Assembly (NCBI GenBank): GCA_040285855.1
Contig: JAUFOQ010000006.1
Location: 1,116,001 to 1,180,000 of the forward strand
DNA length: 64,000 nt
Origin: Eukaryota sp. GEM-RC1
Taxonomy: Eukaryota
Reading direction: 5' to 3'
Shown: in pieces, positions 62,151 to 64,000 of the stretch
Position numbering within the stretch: position 1 is the first letter of the stretch
Layout: each line of letters opens with the position of its first letter
Program-made: the position numbers and the translations under genes
The notes under the pieces: model-generated
The model's database searches: none
Seen by the model: only the letters and a program-made list of their open reading frames with translations
What the model was told of the DNA's origin: nothing

Positions 62151-64000
62151 ATTGACTAGTGGTGTTACAACAAGCTACGCACGTTGCTTCTTGAGATATG
62201 AATTGAGTTCACATTCGTTAATCGACTCAGACTCGAGTTGAGCTTGAGTGCGTCCCCAAAATGTCGAGTCTCGGGCTGTTAGTTTGATCCTGAGGTGGTA
62301 GTCAACCATTTACTTGCTGGAACGATATTTTCAATACATAGAACTTGATGGATTTCCTACCACAACAAGCTCTTCTTCGACGGCTTCTCAGTACCTGTGA
62401 AGAAATGCGTCACGTTACATAGACCCTTCATTCATTCCTGGAACTTCCATTGAATTTAAAAAATGGTTTTCCGCTGTATAGCAAACCATTGGAGAGTATT
62501 GACTGATGACTCATTAGAAAGGCAACTTCTTCTGTACTACAACCGTTGGAACACTGATACTTTCAGGAAAGTTATTAAAACAAAAAGTGTGTAGAAGGAG
62601 TTATATTGTAGGATTTGATTTGTGAAGTGTAATTATATTTTTGCCCCAATTGTATAAATAATTTAAATAACTGTTACTTATTCATTCAAGAGAGACTCGG
62701 TCATTTTTTACTTAAACATCATAATTTAATATACCTATTTATTTCCAGGCCCTGGCCAATCTAGATTTACTTACTGATATGTCCACTAAGTTTTCAAGAC
62801 TTACCTCAAACTTTGTAGCAGACGGCCAGTACAAAGTATGACGAAGATCAGTTTTTGAAAGGTCAAAAAGGTACTATAACCTGAACCGAACCAATTAATT
62901 GTAGTATATCTGAAAATTTCAATAATCCAGTACTTCTCAAAAAACGAGAGCAATTAATTGTCAATGAACTTTTCCAAGACTATTCTGGGTGAACGAAATT
63001 GCTTCGAACACCGAATAGAAATACTCTAAAATACGTTACTTCATTAATCGAGTAATGAACTGACGTACATCAACAGATACACTCACAGCTAACTAATTGA
63101 AATAAACGATCTTTGAAGTTTTGTAACACAGTAATCGGTCTAATCAAAACTTCCATAGTTCAATAGCTAAGCATCATAAACCTACCTCAGTATAAAAGAG
63201 CAGTCGAGCTACTTCAATCAGAGATGACGTGATCAAAGAAATGGACATTCTACTAATATACCGAGATCAGCGTGGGGTAGAGTCAAACAGAAGCGAATGG
63301 CCTCAGTGATTGTAGATTCAGGGAAGTATTAAGAAATAGAAGAGGAATGCCCAGAGTGAGGACAAAGATAGACAGGAACATGAAGATGAGGATGGAGCGG
63401 TTGGCATTGAAAGTGGATACGATTCATCTTCTACATGTAGTAAAGATATGAAGAAAAAGTATTCCTCCCTCATCCCTGTCTACTAGTATCGCTGTCCACT
63501 GCCCTTTCTATTCTTCTTTCGTTAGAGAGTATGGTCGATTGCTGCCAATTACACTGCCAATTATCTCTTTAGTTGGATCTTTATGTGAACCTTTTTAATG
63601 TTCTTGCTCTCAACTACAAGTTCTTCACTCTCAACTCTTCCCTCGTAGACTCCCAATACCTGTCTACCTTCATCTCAAAAGCCAACAAAGTGGATGATCT
63701 TCGTGCACTTTTGTTTGCAGAACATCTTGAAAGAAATTGAGAAAGTCTCTTCAATTCCTCCTCTTTGTCTTTCCACTTCTTTTCTTGTTTCTATTAATGG
63801 GAATGAGTTTTGTGAATCAAAAGTCTAGTGAAGTCAATAGAAGAAGATTCTTTTGATTGTTCAAGATTGGAAGGTGATTTGAACTCAGTCAGAATTGATA
63901 TGTTTGAGTGGAATGATTAGAATGAGTTACTTTCACTGCTTGAAATATGTCAAATTTCAATTGTAAGTATATTTTGATTTTCCATTTACTTTAGATTCTA

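Noticed and set aside
1..64000. Alternative genetic code or stop-codon reassignment
   Set aside because: Long ORFs are open in the standard code and end in TAA, TAG and TGA; the breaks are frameshifts, not in-frame stops.

Overview
AT-rich eukaryotic (protist) genomic DNA in the standard genetic code, with no introns that I can see. Islands of tightly packed single-exon genes alternate with tracts of transposon debris. The genes include TAF12, NFX1-like, Rad9-like, IES6, SARAF, BTB-BACK-MATH, SET8-like, a WD40 protein, CFAP57-like and a RING-kinase-Sel1 protein. The CFAP57-like gene implies a flagellate; compactness and lack of introns suggest a metamonad-like lineage (inference only). Many genes are broken by 1-nt indels in homopolymer runs, most likely long-read assembly errors. 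Mobile DNA comprises: (1) a young, internally deleted Ty3/gypsy chromovirus-like element with identical 115-bp LTRs and a 4-bp TSD, which splits an unknown gene and has a palindrome where a tRNA primer-binding site is expected; (2) many 5'-truncated restriction-like-endonuclease (CRE-type) non-LTR retroelement ends, several sharing the terminus TGATCATAAACCCCG followed by oligo(T) rather than poly(A); (3) hAT MITEs with 8-bp TSDs and TA-flanked Tc1/pogo-type MITEs; (4) a decayed family-B DNA polymerase proofreading-exonuclease region. One tRNA-Leu(AAG) is present. There is no CRISPR array.
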